Below, in pieces: positions 19,714 to 30,270 of a stretch of 64,000 nucleotides of DNA. Every line of letters starts with the position of its first letter. Within the stretch, counting starts at the first letter, position 1. Under the pieces are notes generated by a model, which was given only the letters and a program-made list of their open reading frames with translations, did not search any database and was not told the origin of the DNA. The translations under genes were made by a program, and so were the position numbers. Origin of the DNA: a virus; IMG/VR virus record IMGVR_UViG_3300018916_000001, positions 64,001-128,000 of that record. One strand, 5' to 3'.

Positions 19714-22398
19714 ATGAAATCTAAACTCCCCCTTAATAATATAGTTAATTTAAATAACGAGCTATCTCTAGAACAAATTAATAAACTTAGTAATAGTCCT
19801 GGTACATTTCTTTTTAATCCTATAACTAAGAAAGTTCTTTTATGTTGTAAGGTAAACACTAAGATTACTAATGATCCTCTACCGCTAAAAATATTAGGAG
19901 ATAAAGAGATATTTATTAGTAACCAGATTGAGCTACCACCTTTTATAGTAAAGCATAAGTTAGTTGGAGGGTTTACTCTTACAAGAAGTTTTGAGAATCA
20001 TCCTTCTATTGGATTTAATCTTATATGTGATAGAGAAGAAATTGATGATGTAAGAGCAAAGTTTAGAGATAGAGAACAGAAATATATCTTCTATAATATT
20101 CCTTTCCGTTTAGTTAATTATTCAGAAAATATAGCTCATAGGTCTATTAATCCATTAGGTAAATACGAAATTAATCTTTCTTTTGAAGGTTGGTACTCAA
20201 AGCTAATTAATACTCCACTATTCGTGAAAAAGAGAGGAGATAGCTTAGTTAATAGTAAAAACTTTGAAGCTCCAGAATGTAGAATAGATGGAAATAAAAA
20301 TACTAATACTGAATTAGCTAACTCTCTTACTAAACCAAATGAATTAGTTATTCCTTTAACTTCTTTTGCTAATAGATTAGGTTTTAATTATTTAGGATAT
20401 AACTTCTTGTGTAATTATCAGAAACCTATATCTCCTGATTTAACTACTACATTTGCTAGTGAGTTAGATAGTAGAAAGAGAACTAAAGGGTTATATACAC
20501 TATTCTCTTCAGATGAAGGTGTCAAAACTATTAAATGGGCTAGACCTGCAACTTATAAGATAAAAGAGAATAAAACAATTAGTGATCTTAGCTATTCTGA
20601 TAATTTAAGTGAGTTGGGTTATAAACCTAGTGAATTAACTTGGAATAAGACAGATGAAGAACCTTTAGATAATGCACAAGAAGATACATTTCAAAATACT
20701 ATTCCTTCTTGGTTACAACTCAATATAAGAGTTACTGAAACTATTAGTGACCCGGATAACGCAACTACCCCTCCAAATGATGAAGGTCTTATCCGTACAA
20801 TGGATCTTAATTATGATGCTTCTGGTAAAGTAAAAATTAAGACTTTTACTAAAAGGGAAGGTACAACCGTCATCTGGGAGAAAGTAGAAACTTGGGGATT
20901 TATGTACGTCTCCAAAGATATTGTAATAGATAGGAATGGAGAAAAAGTAATTGAAGCGTCTCCTAGTAATTATTGGGGATTAACCGAATCTCAAGAAACT
21001 ACTCATTTATATGATTCAACTACTGGTTACTATTTAGGAAATAAGATTAATGGATGGAAAATGTGTCGTTTCAAGCAAGAATCTTCAACTGAAACAGCTA
21101 AATTAGAAATAGAAAAAGCTGGATTAAGCGACCCATTATCTAAGTTATATGAGTCAGATGAAGTAGTTAGAGGAGAGAAAATATATGAATTAAATCAAAT
21201 AATGGATTGTTATAGATTTAGAACTGTTCCAATTATTGGTGGTACTCAATATATACTTAGACAATTTAGAGACTACTATCAAGACGCTAATGCTTCTACT
21301 CCTAACATTCCCTATCAAGTATGTACTTCCAACGGTCAACTAATAACTAAATATGTAAGAGATCCAACTTGGGTAGAACCAATGTTCATTGGAGAAGAAT
21401 ACACTTATTACTCTTGCTATACTCGCACTGAAGATCCTTCTAATCTAGCTTTAAGAAGAGAGTTTAGAGATTCTCCACCTGAAACTCCAACTGATAATCC
21501 TGTATATAACCCCCCATTATCTACGGGTAGAGAAACTGAAATATATAAGAAAGTATTAATACACAGAAGTAAATCTACTATACAAGAAGAAGGATTAGGA
21601 TTTACGTCTACCGGAAGCTCAGTTAAAGATAATTTTATTGGAGATGATAAGGAAGGTTTAGAAGATAGATATGAAACACATATTACTGAAAGATCAGCTC
21701 AAGATAGTAATTTCAGAAATGCTTCTACCATTATCCGAATAGAAGAAAGCTCGGGTAGACCAGGAGAACCAGGAAGAAAACAATTGCCTTTTGTACCTAA
21801 AACTGAAGAGAGTATAAGAGATAACTCTGACTTCTATTACCAAATGATAGAAACTAAAAGAGAAGATAAGATTAAACAACCTAAAGATAACTATAAATAT
21901 CTTTTAGTTACTCAAGGTTATAACGTTAATGACCCAATTCAAGGATCAGTTTCTTACAATACAAAGCACAAATCTGAAGCGTTTTTAGGTGCTTGTACTG
22001 ATTTAGAAATTGATGATATGAATAGTAATTGTTCTATCTCTTTCACTACTTTATTTAGACCAGAGATTATAGAAGGAAGCAAACTCAATTTTAGTTATTC
22101 TTGGGATTCTTGGAAAACTAGAGTGATTAGTAATAGTTCAACTGTAACAATAATAGGAAACGTAGAGTTTGATGATGGTTCAGTACGGATAGAAGTTACT
22201 GGTTCTACTACTCTTAGCTTAGGGATAGATAGTAGTTTAGGTAGCTTAACGTCTTTACAGAAAATCAAACTACCCAAAGAAACTGTCCCAACTACTAATA
22301 CTCAAAATCCTAGTGAGTCTAGCGTATTTAATATGTACACTAGAGGAAAAGAACTTGGAAAAATTACCTATGGCTTTGGAAGTAGATATAGTGGATAG
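19714..22398 (+). CDS. Putative tail tip/hub protein
   Basis: 894 aa downstream of the tape measure and Dit; the C-terminal SFTT.FRPEI.EG...RV......TTLSLG fits the end of gp27-like hub proteins. Confidence 0.55.
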   Translation: MKSKLPLNNIVNLNNELSLEQINKLSNSPGTFLFNPITKKVLLCCKVNTKITNDPLPLKILGDKEIFISNQIELPPFIVKHKLVGGFTLTRSFENHPSIGFNLICDREEIDDVRAKFRDREQKYIFYNIPFRLVNYSENIAHRSINPLGKYEINLSFEGWYSKLINTPLFVKKRGDSLVNSKNFEAPECRIDGNKNTNTELANSLTKPNELVIPLTSFANRLGFNYLGYNFLCNYQKPISPDLTTTFASELDSRKRTKGLYTLFSSDEGVKTIKWARPATYKIKENKTISDLSYSDNLSELGYKPSELTWNKTDEEPLDNAQEDTFQNTIPSWLQLNIRVTETISDPDNATTPPNDEGLIRTMDLNYDASGKVKIKTFTKREGTTVIWEKVETWGFMYVSKDIVIDRNGEKVIEASPSNYWGLTESQETTHLYDSTTGYYLGNKINGWKMCRFKQESSTETAKLEIEKAGLSDPLSKLYESDEVVRGEKIYELNQIMDCYRFRTVPIIGGTQYILRQFRDYYQDANASTPNIPYQVCTSNGQLITKYVRDPTWVEPMFIGEEYTYYSCYTRTEDPSNLALRREFRDSPPETPTDNPVYNPPLSTGRETEIYKKVLIHRSKSTIQEEGLGFTSTGSSVKDNFIGDDKEGLEDRYETHITERSAQDSNFRNASTIIRIEESSGRPGEPGRKQLPFVPKTEESIRDNSDFYYQMIETKREDKIKQPKDNYKYLLVTQGYNVNDPIQGSVSYNTKHKSEAFLGACTDLEIDDMNSNCSISFTTLFRPEIIEGSKLNFSYSWDSWKTRVISNSSTVTIIGNVEFDDGSVRIEVTGSTTLSLGIDSSLGSLTSLQKIKLPKETVPTTNTQNPSESSVFNMYTRGKELGKITYGFGSRYSG

Positions 22399-22399
22399 A

Positions 22400-22798
22400 C
22401 TAAACTTCTACTATAATGCCATTACAATCATTAGCTTCATAAAACACTCTACCATATTGCTTCATTGCTTTACAAATATTTAATACAATTTCTTCTGCTA
22501 ATCCCCAATAGTTAACACTCCATATAATTTTAGAGTCACCATACTCACTATAATCAGAATCGCAACCAAAGTGGACACTTAGCATTCTAAACTCATCGTT
22601 GACTTTAAAACAGATATAAAAACACTTACTCCTAGGGACGTACTCTAATTCGGGAAGTTTACTTGTACTATCTCGAAAGATATGTTGATCTTTAGCATAT
22701 TTTCTAACTAACTCAGCTAGAGTATCTTCAATTGTAGTTAATACAGCAAAAACATCTTTATTCTCAGTTAATACAAATCCTGTTGTTGAAATCCCCAT
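22400..22798 (-). CDS. Hypothetical protein
   Basis: 132-aa ORF with a GAGG RBS. Confidence 0.6.
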   Translation of the reverse strand: MGISTTGFVLTENKDVFAVLTTIEDTLAELVRKYAKDQHIFRDSTSKLPELEYVPRSKCFYICFKVNDEFRMLSVHFGCDSDYSEYGDSKIIWSVNYWGLAEEIVLNICKAMKQYGRVFYEANDCNGIIVEV

Positions 22799-22809
22799 CT
22801 ACTTAACCT

Positions 22810-23064
22810 CTACTCTACTATTAAAAACTCACTTAATCTCTCCTCATCTACAGACCATTTCATAGGAATAAGTTCAAAAGTTCTAGTTAAAGTATTTAAT
22901 TCTTTGATAGTCTCTTTTGCTTTTTCTTTAGTACGAAATATTATTGGTTTACCAGATTCCTTATCAGTATATTCTTGTAGTGTTTCATGTACAGGTTTCC
23001 CTTCATCAGTCCAGTCTTGATATTCAATAAAGTAAAAAGATAAGTACATAATAATTAATAGCAA
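22810..23064 (-). CDS. Hypothetical protein
   Basis: 84-aa ORF in a packed - strand cluster. Confidence 0.5.
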   Translation of the reverse strand: MLLIIMYLSFYFIEYQDWTDEGKPVHETLQEYTDKESGKPIIFRTKEKAKETIKELNTLTRTFELIPMKWSVDEERLSEFLIVE

Positions 23065-23591
23065 AACATAGTAGAAACTTCATCACTCCACTTATTGATT
23101 AAATCAACTTTTTCATCCTTAGTATAAAGCACAAAACTATTTGCTAAGTGAAAATTATTAAACATCATTTCAAGATTACTGTAACTTTCAATCCATAGAT
23201 TAGTAATATATCCATTAGTTTTAGTAACTTTTCTAGGATTTGAATATATATCTAACATATAAGAGACTGACATCCAACCCCAGTCAGGATTACTTTCACT
23301 TACAAGACGATCTGTTTTAAAATCTAATCGAAATAGACTTTCACCAATCCAACTTTCAGTGTCCCAAATTGTTCTACCATCTTCTTTATCGTATAGAGAT
23401 ATTCCTTTATCTTTGAAACCATTACGAATTCTATCAGCTTCTAAATAGTTCTTATTTTTTCTGGCGTCTTTTCGCTGTTCAATAAGCGACTCGATCTCTT
23501 CTTTAGTTAAGATAGATTCAATTATCTTAGATTCATATCTAAATGGTAGAAGAAATCTAATCTTTTTATTGTCTCTAGTTAATTCAATCAT
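23055..23591 (-). CDS. Protein containing a stand-alone cysteinyl-tRNA synthetase C-terminal (anticodon-binding) domain
   Basis: EEIESLIEQRKDARKNKNYLEADRIRNGFKDKGISLYDKEDGRTIW matches the CysRS tail EIEALI..R..AR..K.W..AD..R..L...GI.L.D...G.T.W; no catalytic HIGH/KMSKS domain. Confidence 0.8.
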   Translation of the reverse strand: MIELTRDNKKIRFLLPFRYESKIIESILTKEEIESLIEQRKDARKNKNYLEADRIRNGFKDKGISLYDKEDGRTIWDTESWIGESLFRLDFKTDRLVSESNPDWGWMSVSYMLDIYSNPRKVTKTNGYITNLWIESYSNLEMMFNNFHLANSFVLYTKDEKVDLINKWSDEVSTMFCY

Positions 23592-25287
23592 TATAGTAAT
23601 CCATTAGCTTTCATTAATAACCTCATGAGATATTGAGCTTTTCTATCAGTAATACCAGCTCGATTAAGTCCTGCTGTTACTTCTGTAGGTGCGCCAAGAA
23701 ATGTATCATAGATGTCTTTTCCATCAGTAGCAAAATCTTTAGCCTTCTTAGTAATGTCTTGAATCTCAGGTTCCATTACTTTATTTATTCGTTTAGCTAA
23801 CTCTCTTCTAGATAAAGTTCTATAATCTACTCCTTCTCCTTTAGTCATTAATTCATCGAAATTATCGTGAACTCTTTTAAGTCTTTCACTATAACTCTTA
23901 GGATTATTAGGTTTAAAATTACCAGACCTAACTTCATCTAGCAATCTCTTTATAATTTTAGGTTTAACTACACGAGCATAGATAGCAGATTCAGTACCTT
24001 TAGCTAATCCCCTGCCAGTAGCTTTAATCGCTCCTCTCCTACCTGATATTGCTTGAAGTGCTTTTTCCCATTCCTCAGCTTTTACTTCAATGCCAAGTTT
24101 CTCTGCTTCAGGGTCTTTAGCTAATTTATTTATTCGTGCAATAGCTAATCCCATCGGACTTTTACGTTCGGCTATTGAAGAAATAGCTAAGTCTTTAATC
24201 TTATCTTTTTCACTTACTACTTCTTTTACTTTATCGATACCAGTTATTTTTCTCCTAGATGCGTTAGGTACAATGTCATCTAGTAAAATATCACTTTCTC
24301 TTTTGAGTCGAGTTTTAACTTTACGAACTGCTTTATCTACTGGTTTATTTAATACAGCTTCAAAAGATGTTTTTTCTGGAGGTCTACCTAAACCACTTCT
24401 GCGAGTAGGATTTCTTAAAGCTTTCTCAATTTGAAGATTAACTTTCATCCCTAATGGGAGAGGCTCATATATATTCTTGTAATCACGTAAACCTTGTTGA
24501 GCTGGTGTTGTCTCTATTACTGGAATATTTACTCCTGCTTTAGAATTCGACTTAGGATTTTTAACTACGTCTTCTAATAAATAGTTATCTTGTGGTCTTT
24601 TTATTGTTTTTTTTTAGCAGGTGCAAGCAATTTGATTATTTTCTCTTCAGCTTTAGGTACTACCATATCTGGATTATTTATCTTAGTCTTAATAGGAGTA
24701 GTCCAGGGATCAGGAATATTATCTTTTCTACGAATTCTGTTTTGAGTTACTGGTTTTTTTACTGTCATCTTAGAACCTCTCACTCCTGATTTACTAGGAA
24801 TTGGAGTAGTCCAAGGATCTGGTAAAGGGTCAAAATTTTTCTTTATTTCTGTTGGTTTTTCAACTACTTTAGAAACTTCTGCTACAGGTTTAGTGTTTTC
24901 TACTACCACATCTTTAGGTTTTGTCGAAGTTGGAGTAGAAGCGGTTTTAGATTTTGGTGCAGAAGGAACTTTAAATTTTTCTAATGCTTCCTTATTAAAA
25001 GGATTTCCATCTCCAGGGCGAGGTGTAAGGTTTAGATTATCTACATCATCTACCTTAACCACCATACTCTTCTTTTTCTTAATTACCGATTTAAGATTAA
25101 TACCTTTCTTCTTTAAGAGTATTGCCGCTCCTAAACCAATGACCGCAGTAGTCCCTAACCCAATACCTATATTCCTATTTCGATCTTCATTTTTTTTCCT
25201 AAAGAAATCTTTAATTACAGTGACTTGAAATCCTTTTTTACCTTTAACTAATCTGTTGTGTCCTTTTACCTTATCTTTATTAAACAT
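23591..25287 (-). CDS. Basic protein of about 565 aa, split into two ORFs by a -1 shift at an A9 run (24607-24615)
   Basis: ORF 24601-25287 ends GCT AAA AAA AAA CAA TAA. The -1 frame opens exactly at the A-run and runs without a stop into ORF 23591-24448. N-terminal VKGHNR basic motif, TM helix, PDPWTTPI twice. Confidence 0.7.
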
Positions 25288-25327
25288 ATTGAGATATTAT
25301 AGATATACATACCTATAATAGCAATAA

Positions 25328-25483
25328 ATGAAAGAAGAAGATTTAATTAAGAAACTCTTAGAGATATTAAAAAAAGAACCAATAACTATAAAAGGTAACG
25401 TTCTCTCTATAGGTAATCAAAAAATAAAAATATCTAATAGAGGAAACAGTATTACTAACATAAGACCTATACAAATTCGTTAA
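25328..25483 (+). CDS. Unannotated 51-aa protein resembling the N-terminus of the 31600 protein
   Basis: MKEEDLIKKLLEILKKEPITIKG... versus MNDDLIVQKILKLLENNAAFIG. Confidence 0.5.
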   Translation: MKEEDLIKKLLEILKKEPITIKGNVLSIGNQKIKISNRGNSITNIRPIQIR

Positions 25484-25487
25484 ATCA

Positions 25488-27968
25488 ATGGCCGTTACTT
25501 ACGCAAATAGCAGAATTATTTTACCTAGTAGTTGTTGGAATGTTACTTCTTCTACTGGAGGTCAATTATCATCTCAAAATTTATACTTCTCATTACAAGC
25601 AGAAAATAGAGTAGGTAGAAATTTATTACTTATCTCTTCTTTAATTTCTATACCTACATCGGGAAAAGTTACTTTCACTATTAATTCACAAGCTAAACTA
25701 CCTACTGAAGAAATATTTAATTATGTAATTGGTGCTTCTACCACTTCTAATCCAACTACTTTTAGTCAGTTATTCAAAATCCCAATTGATTCATCTACTA
25801 TATTTCCAATCACTTTAACTATTAGTAGAGATATTTTTCTTAAGAGAGGTTATATAACTTCTGACGATATTTCTAGTATCCCTTCTAGTGATTTACTTCA
25901 TGGAATGCTAATTGGATATAACGGAACAGGTTTAATTTATGAGTATGACTCTTTAGATTCTACTACTCCAATAGATAATGAACTAACACTTTTAGCTGGG
26001 TCTAATAAGCGATTTAAAGCTAGAGGAACCTTTTCAACTTATATATCTTCGGTTTATGATGTTGATGGCTCTAGACTCGATTTAAGAGAAGAAAATGATA
26101 TTAGACCAATACTAAGAGATTATAATCCTAATGGTAGTGATTCTTCTTCTATTCGGTTATGGATAGATAATCCTAGTGGTTCTGTAGCGGTTGGTACTAG
26201 AATTACTTTAATAGTAAAATTAAATGAAAATATAAAGACTAACCTATTCGATAAGAAGATCCGTTACGTATTTGAAGGAATAGTAGATTTAAATACTTGT
26301 GTTCTTAGAACTACTAAGAGGGATGGAATTACACCTTTCGAGAAATTAGGAATCCCTTTAGTTTTTAATACTAACTCTCCAAACTTTGCATTAGAAGAAG
26401 ATTTACTTATAGGAGAAGCTTTATCTTTTAGTTTCTACTTAAACTTTTTAGGAGCTGAAATAAACGATTTCATACCAGAGAAATCTATAATATCTATTTA
26501 CCCTTCTTTCGTTTCTAATGTTGGAAATTATGTTGCAGGTTCAGAAGTTATAGGAGATTGTATATTTGCAGAAGAAGGTAGACGAAGAATATTACCTTCT
26601 ACTACTATTAGCGGATTAGAAGTTCTTTCTGGTAGTGGATTGATTAAGAACTATACATTTCCTTTATTACCTAAAACTACTATCTTAGGATTGATATCTA
26701 ATCTAGATAATCAAAAAGTTTTTATTAGTAACTTAGGAAGCTGTTATCTTGCTCCTACTAACGTACCTAATAATTCAGCTATAAGAGCCTTTGTATCTAC
26801 TTTAAGTGGACAGACGAGTTCTAGTGCTTGGAGTAGCTATATCTCTATTACTCAAAATAGTAATTTTACTCTTAAACTTACTTTACCTACTTCTATTAGA
26901 TCTACTTATCCAGATGTAATTGCTAATACTACTTCTACTTTCTCTATAGCTAAATTTGTCATTTATGTACAAAGACAATCTAACTCTGAAATACGTAAAT
27001 TTGAAATTAACTATACTACAAATCTATCTACTATCACTTTATCTGATTGGAATGCTGGTACTATAGTTTCTTCTATACCAACTAATAGTAATAGTAGTTT
27101 CAATCTATACAACTTACCTTACTTCATAGTAGAGAACGGATTGGGAAGTGGATTTGTTATAGGTAATTATAGATTCTGTATTGCTTATTCATATGATGGA
27201 AATCAAGTAACATCAATAATACATGACGTAGCTAAAGGATGTATAGTAGAATTAGATATGCCACTTTCACAAGCTCTAAACAATATGAAATATTTAGGAG
27301 AACCTTTATTTAAGGAGCAATTAGTTTCACTAGATACTACTTATATCCCAGATGGACATAGAAGATCTCTTAAAGGAACTGATAGTAGTTACTTAGATTT
27401 AGTGTTCTATAAATATCAGACAGGTGCAGGTAATAATATAACTAGCTTTAAACCAGGTACTTTACCTTCTAGTTCTCCGGGTATTTGGAAAGAAAAAGAG
27501 TCAGGACTTAACTTAGACCAAGTAAGTGCTTATGTGTATTCTACTATATTTCCTAATTTATCTACTCTCAATGATTTAATTAGATCAGTAGATGATAGCA
27601 TGATTCCTTTGATACTAGCTTTAGGTGGTGGAGAAAGTTCTAGTAACGGTACTACTACATCTAGTTCTCCTACTTCATCTTCTCAATTACCTGTAGTGGT
27701 AAATGGGTCGTCTATTACTCCTAATCTAACTGAAGGAAACACTTATTTATTTAATAGTACGGGAACTCTTAGTCAAATAAACAATCCTTTGAATATAGTC
27801 GATGGTCAGAGGTTTGATATACAAGTAAACAATACAGGAACTTATAATTTTAGTAATCAATATCAGTTACCAGAAAGCTATACTTCTGTGTTTTTAGATT
27901 CTAGAAGTACAATAAGAGCAGTAGACCGTGGTACATTAGTAGATATTATGATTTTTAGCGTGTGGTAA
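25488..27968 (+). CDS. Tail/baseplate-associated structural protein
   Basis: 826 aa, Ser/Thr-rich and beta-strand-like, upstream of the fibre gene. Confidence 0.55.
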   Translation: MAVTYANSRIILPSSCWNVTSSTGGQLSSQNLYFSLQAENRVGRNLLLISSLISIPTSGKVTFTINSQAKLPTEEIFNYVIGASTTSNPTTFSQLFKIPIDSSTIFPITLTISRDIFLKRGYITSDDISSIPSSDLLHGMLIGYNGTGLIYEYDSLDSTTPIDNELTLLAGSNKRFKARGTFSTYISSVYDVDGSRLDLREENDIRPILRDYNPNGSDSSSIRLWIDNPSGSVAVGTRITLIVKLNENIKTNLFDKKIRYVFEGIVDLNTCVLRTTKRDGITPFEKLGIPLVFNTNSPNFALEEDLLIGEALSFSFYLNFLGAEINDFIPEKSIISIYPSFVSNVGNYVAGSEVIGDCIFAEEGRRRILPSTTISGLEVLSGSGLIKNYTFPLLPKTTILGLISNLDNQKVFISNLGSCYLAPTNVPNNSAIRAFVSTLSGQTSSSAWSSYISITQNSNFTLKLTLPTSIRSTYPDVIANTTSTFSIAKFVIYVQRQSNSEIRKFEINYTTNLSTITLSDWNAGTIVSSIPTNSNSSFNLYNLPYFIVENGLGSGFVIGNYRFCIAYSYDGNQVTSIIHDVAKGCIVELDMPLSQALNNMKYLGEPLFKEQLVSLDTTYIPDGHRRSLKGTDSSYLDLVFYKYQTGAGNNITSFKPGTLPSSSPGIWKEKESGLNLDQVSAYVYSTIFPNLSTLNDLIRSVDDSMIPLILALGGGESSSNGTTTSSSPTSSSQLPVVVNGSSITPNLTEGNTYLFNSTGTLSQINNPLNIVDGQRFDIQVNNTGTYNFSNQYQLPESYTSVFLDSRSTIRAVDRGTLVDIMIFSVW

Positions 27969-28162
27969 TCAATATGCAAATAGAACAATCTACTTATCAA
28001 CAGACTCTAATAGAACACTATTACCAGCTTTGTGGGAAACAGTTAAACGATATTATATCTTTACAAGCTCAAGTGGACTTATTGATAAAAGAAATAGAGA
28101 TAAGAGATAAGAAAATAGCCGAATTAGAGGTATTAGATGTCAACACGAATACTGATACTTAA
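27962..28162 (+). CDS. Small coiled-coil protein
   Basis: LNDIISLQAQVDLLIKEIEIRDKKIAELE heptads. Confidence 0.5.
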   Translation: MVINMQIEQSTYQQTLIEHYYQLCGKQLNDIISLQAQVDLLIKEIEIRDKKIAELEVLDVNTNTDT

Positions 28163-29546
28163 AGATGGAGTTATTAAACCGGGTACTTCTTCTGATATAT
28201 CTCTAGTAGATTTAACAAGCAATCAGACTATAGGAGGTAATAAAACTTTTACAGGCACTATATCGGGGATAACACCTTTGATGGTAGGACTTGGAAATGT
28301 AAATAATACTTCTGACATTAATAAACCTGTTTCTACAGCTACTCAATCAGCTCTTAACCTAAAAGCTAATTTAAGCTCTCCCAACTTTACTGATATACCA
28401 ACTGTTCCTACAGCGAGTAACGGAACGAATACTACTCAGATAGCAAATACAGCTTTTGTATCTACTGCTATTGCCAATCTAGTAGCTTCTTCTCCTTCTA
28501 CTCTAGATACTTTAAACGAGCTAGCTACTGCATTAGGTAACGACCCTAATTTTGCTACTACTATTAGTACGTTATTAGGGTTAAAAGCAAATATAGCATC
28601 TCCTACTTTTACTGGGAATGTTGGTTTTAGTGGAACTTTAAGTTTACCTACTACTACAGGTACTACAATTGGAACTATTTGGCGTAACGGAAGCAATCTA
28701 GAATTTAAAGATACTTCTAACGTTACTCAGATAATTTTAAATAGTGCAGGTAACTTAAGCAACTTATCAGATAAACAACTATCTCTCAATAACTTAGTAG
28801 GAGCAGTTACATCAGGTAGTTATTTACGAGGTAATGGTACTAATGTTGTACTATCTGCTATTCAAGCTAGTGATGTTCCTACTTTAAATCAAAATACTAC
28901 GGGAACTGCTAGTAACATTACAGGTATTACTACTATAGCTAATGGTGGAACAGGAAGTAATACTAAGAATTTTGTAGATTTAACTACTAATCAAACTATT
29001 GCAGGGATAAAAACCTTTAGTGATACTACGGAATCTACTAGCACAACTACAGGAAGTAATATTTACCTAGGAGGAGTGGCAATAACTAAAAACTTAGCAG
29101 TTGGAGGCAGAATAATACAATCTATTAACTATACTTTTAAAGGTGCTGCATCTGTATTACAAGCTATTCCAAATGCTGTTTTTACTAAAGTCACGTTAAA
29201 TTCTGAGATAAATGATACTAACAATCAGTACAACCCAACTTTATCTAGATTGACGGCTGTTACTTCTGAGGTATGGCAACTGAGTTTGTATATTACTTTG
29301 AGACTAACAGCATCTACTAGAATATTACTATCGGTCTTTAAAAACGGAACTGAGGTAGGAGGAATCTCTAGAATATTAGACACTGTTGCAAACACAGGAG
29401 ACTTTGGTATTAATCTCTATATACCTGAATTTTCTTTAGTAGTTAACGACTATTTAGAAGTTTACTGTTATGCTACTCCTAGTATAAATGTTTTTGGAGA
29501 TTCTAGTTTGAATACTGTCTTTTGGAGCGGAAAGCGAATTAATTAA
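28137..29546 (+). CDS. Tail fibre / receptor-binding protein
   Basis: VGLGNVNNTSD.NKPVS, SPNFT..PT.PT...GTNTTQIANTAFV, SP.TLDTLNELA.ALGNDPNFATT and NQTI.G.KTF fibre repeats; C1q-like C-terminus. Confidence 0.9.
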   Translation: MSTRILILKDGVIKPGTSSDISLVDLTSNQTIGGNKTFTGTISGITPLMVGLGNVNNTSDINKPVSTATQSALNLKANLSSPNFTDIPTVPTASNGTNTTQIANTAFVSTAIANLVASSPSTLDTLNELATALGNDPNFATTISTLLGLKANIASPTFTGNVGFSGTLSLPTTTGTTIGTIWRNGSNLEFKDTSNVTQIILNSAGNLSNLSDKQLSLNNLVGAVTSGSYLRGNGTNVVLSAIQASDVPTLNQNTTGTASNITGITTIANGGTGSNTKNFVDLTTNQTIAGIKTFSDTTESTSTTTGSNIYLGGVAITKNLAVGGRIIQSINYTFKGAASVLQAIPNAVFTKVTLNSEINDTNNQYNPTLSRLTAVTSEVWQLSLYITLRLTASTRILLSVFKNGTEVGGISRILDTVANTGDFGINLYIPEFSLVVNDYLEVYCYATPSINVFGDSSLNTVFWSGKRIN

Positions 29547-29548
29547 TT

Positions 29549-29872
29549 ATGCCTATCATTATCACTGATTCAGATAATATCTCTACTATTAATACTGCTT
29601 CTAGATTACAAATTAATTTAGAGGTTGCTAACGAAATAGTAGAAGATATGGAAATAGAAGTCTTTTTTACTGTAGAAACCCAACTATCAAACGGCAGACC
29701 TATCGGACAACCTTATTGGGATTCCGAACCTTTAAAACTTAACTGTAGAGGAAATCCTAAGCTTACGGAAGCAATGAGAGTTATTCAAGAAGCTATTGGT
29801 TATTATAGATATTTACAGCTTACAACTCCCAAAGAAGTAAGTATTACTCCTAAAAAACCTATACCTGAATAA
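29549..29872 (+). CDS. Hypothetical protein, possible fibre chaperone
   Basis: Immediately follows the fibre gene. Confidence 0.45.
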   Translation: MPIIITDSDNISTINTASRLQINLEVANEIVEDMEIEVFFTVETQLSNGRPIGQPYWDSEPLKLNCRGNPKLTEAMRVIQEAIGYYRYLQLTTPKEVSITPKKPIPE

Positions 29873-29874
29873 CT

Positions 29875-30258
29875 ATGCCAACAACTCTTCCACTAACAGA
29901 AACTATAAATCTTAATGTAGCCCCAACTACTCTATTTCAAGCTTCCACCTCGACTACTTATTTTATTGCTAAAGTATCTCTAAAAAATGAAAAATCTGAA
30001 GCTGCTAAAGTAACCGTCAGACTAAATAATTTAGAGATTGTCAAAGATTTGATTTTACCTATATTCAATCAAGAGCCATTAGAAATTAACTCTCTCTCGA
30101 AATTAATACTTAGAGGAACTGACAAATTAGAAATTACTGTCATACCTAACAGTTCAACTGGAGCTAGTGGAGGTACAGTAGGGGGGTTTCCTTGGTATAC
30201 CAACGTAGAATCAAATGCAGCTACAATAATAATGACTTATGTTAAACAAACTAATTAA
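29875..30258 (+). CDS. Hypothetical structural protein
   Basis: Beta-rich 127-aa ORF (KLILRGTDKLEI) in the tail operon. Confidence 0.5.
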   Translation: MPTTLPLTETINLNVAPTTLFQASTSTTYFIAKVSLKNEKSEAAKVTVRLNNLEIVKDLILPIFNQEPLEINSLSKLILRGTDKLEITVIPNSSTGASGGTVGGFPWYTNVESNAATIIMTYVKQTN

Positions 30259-30270
30259 TAAATAAAAATT

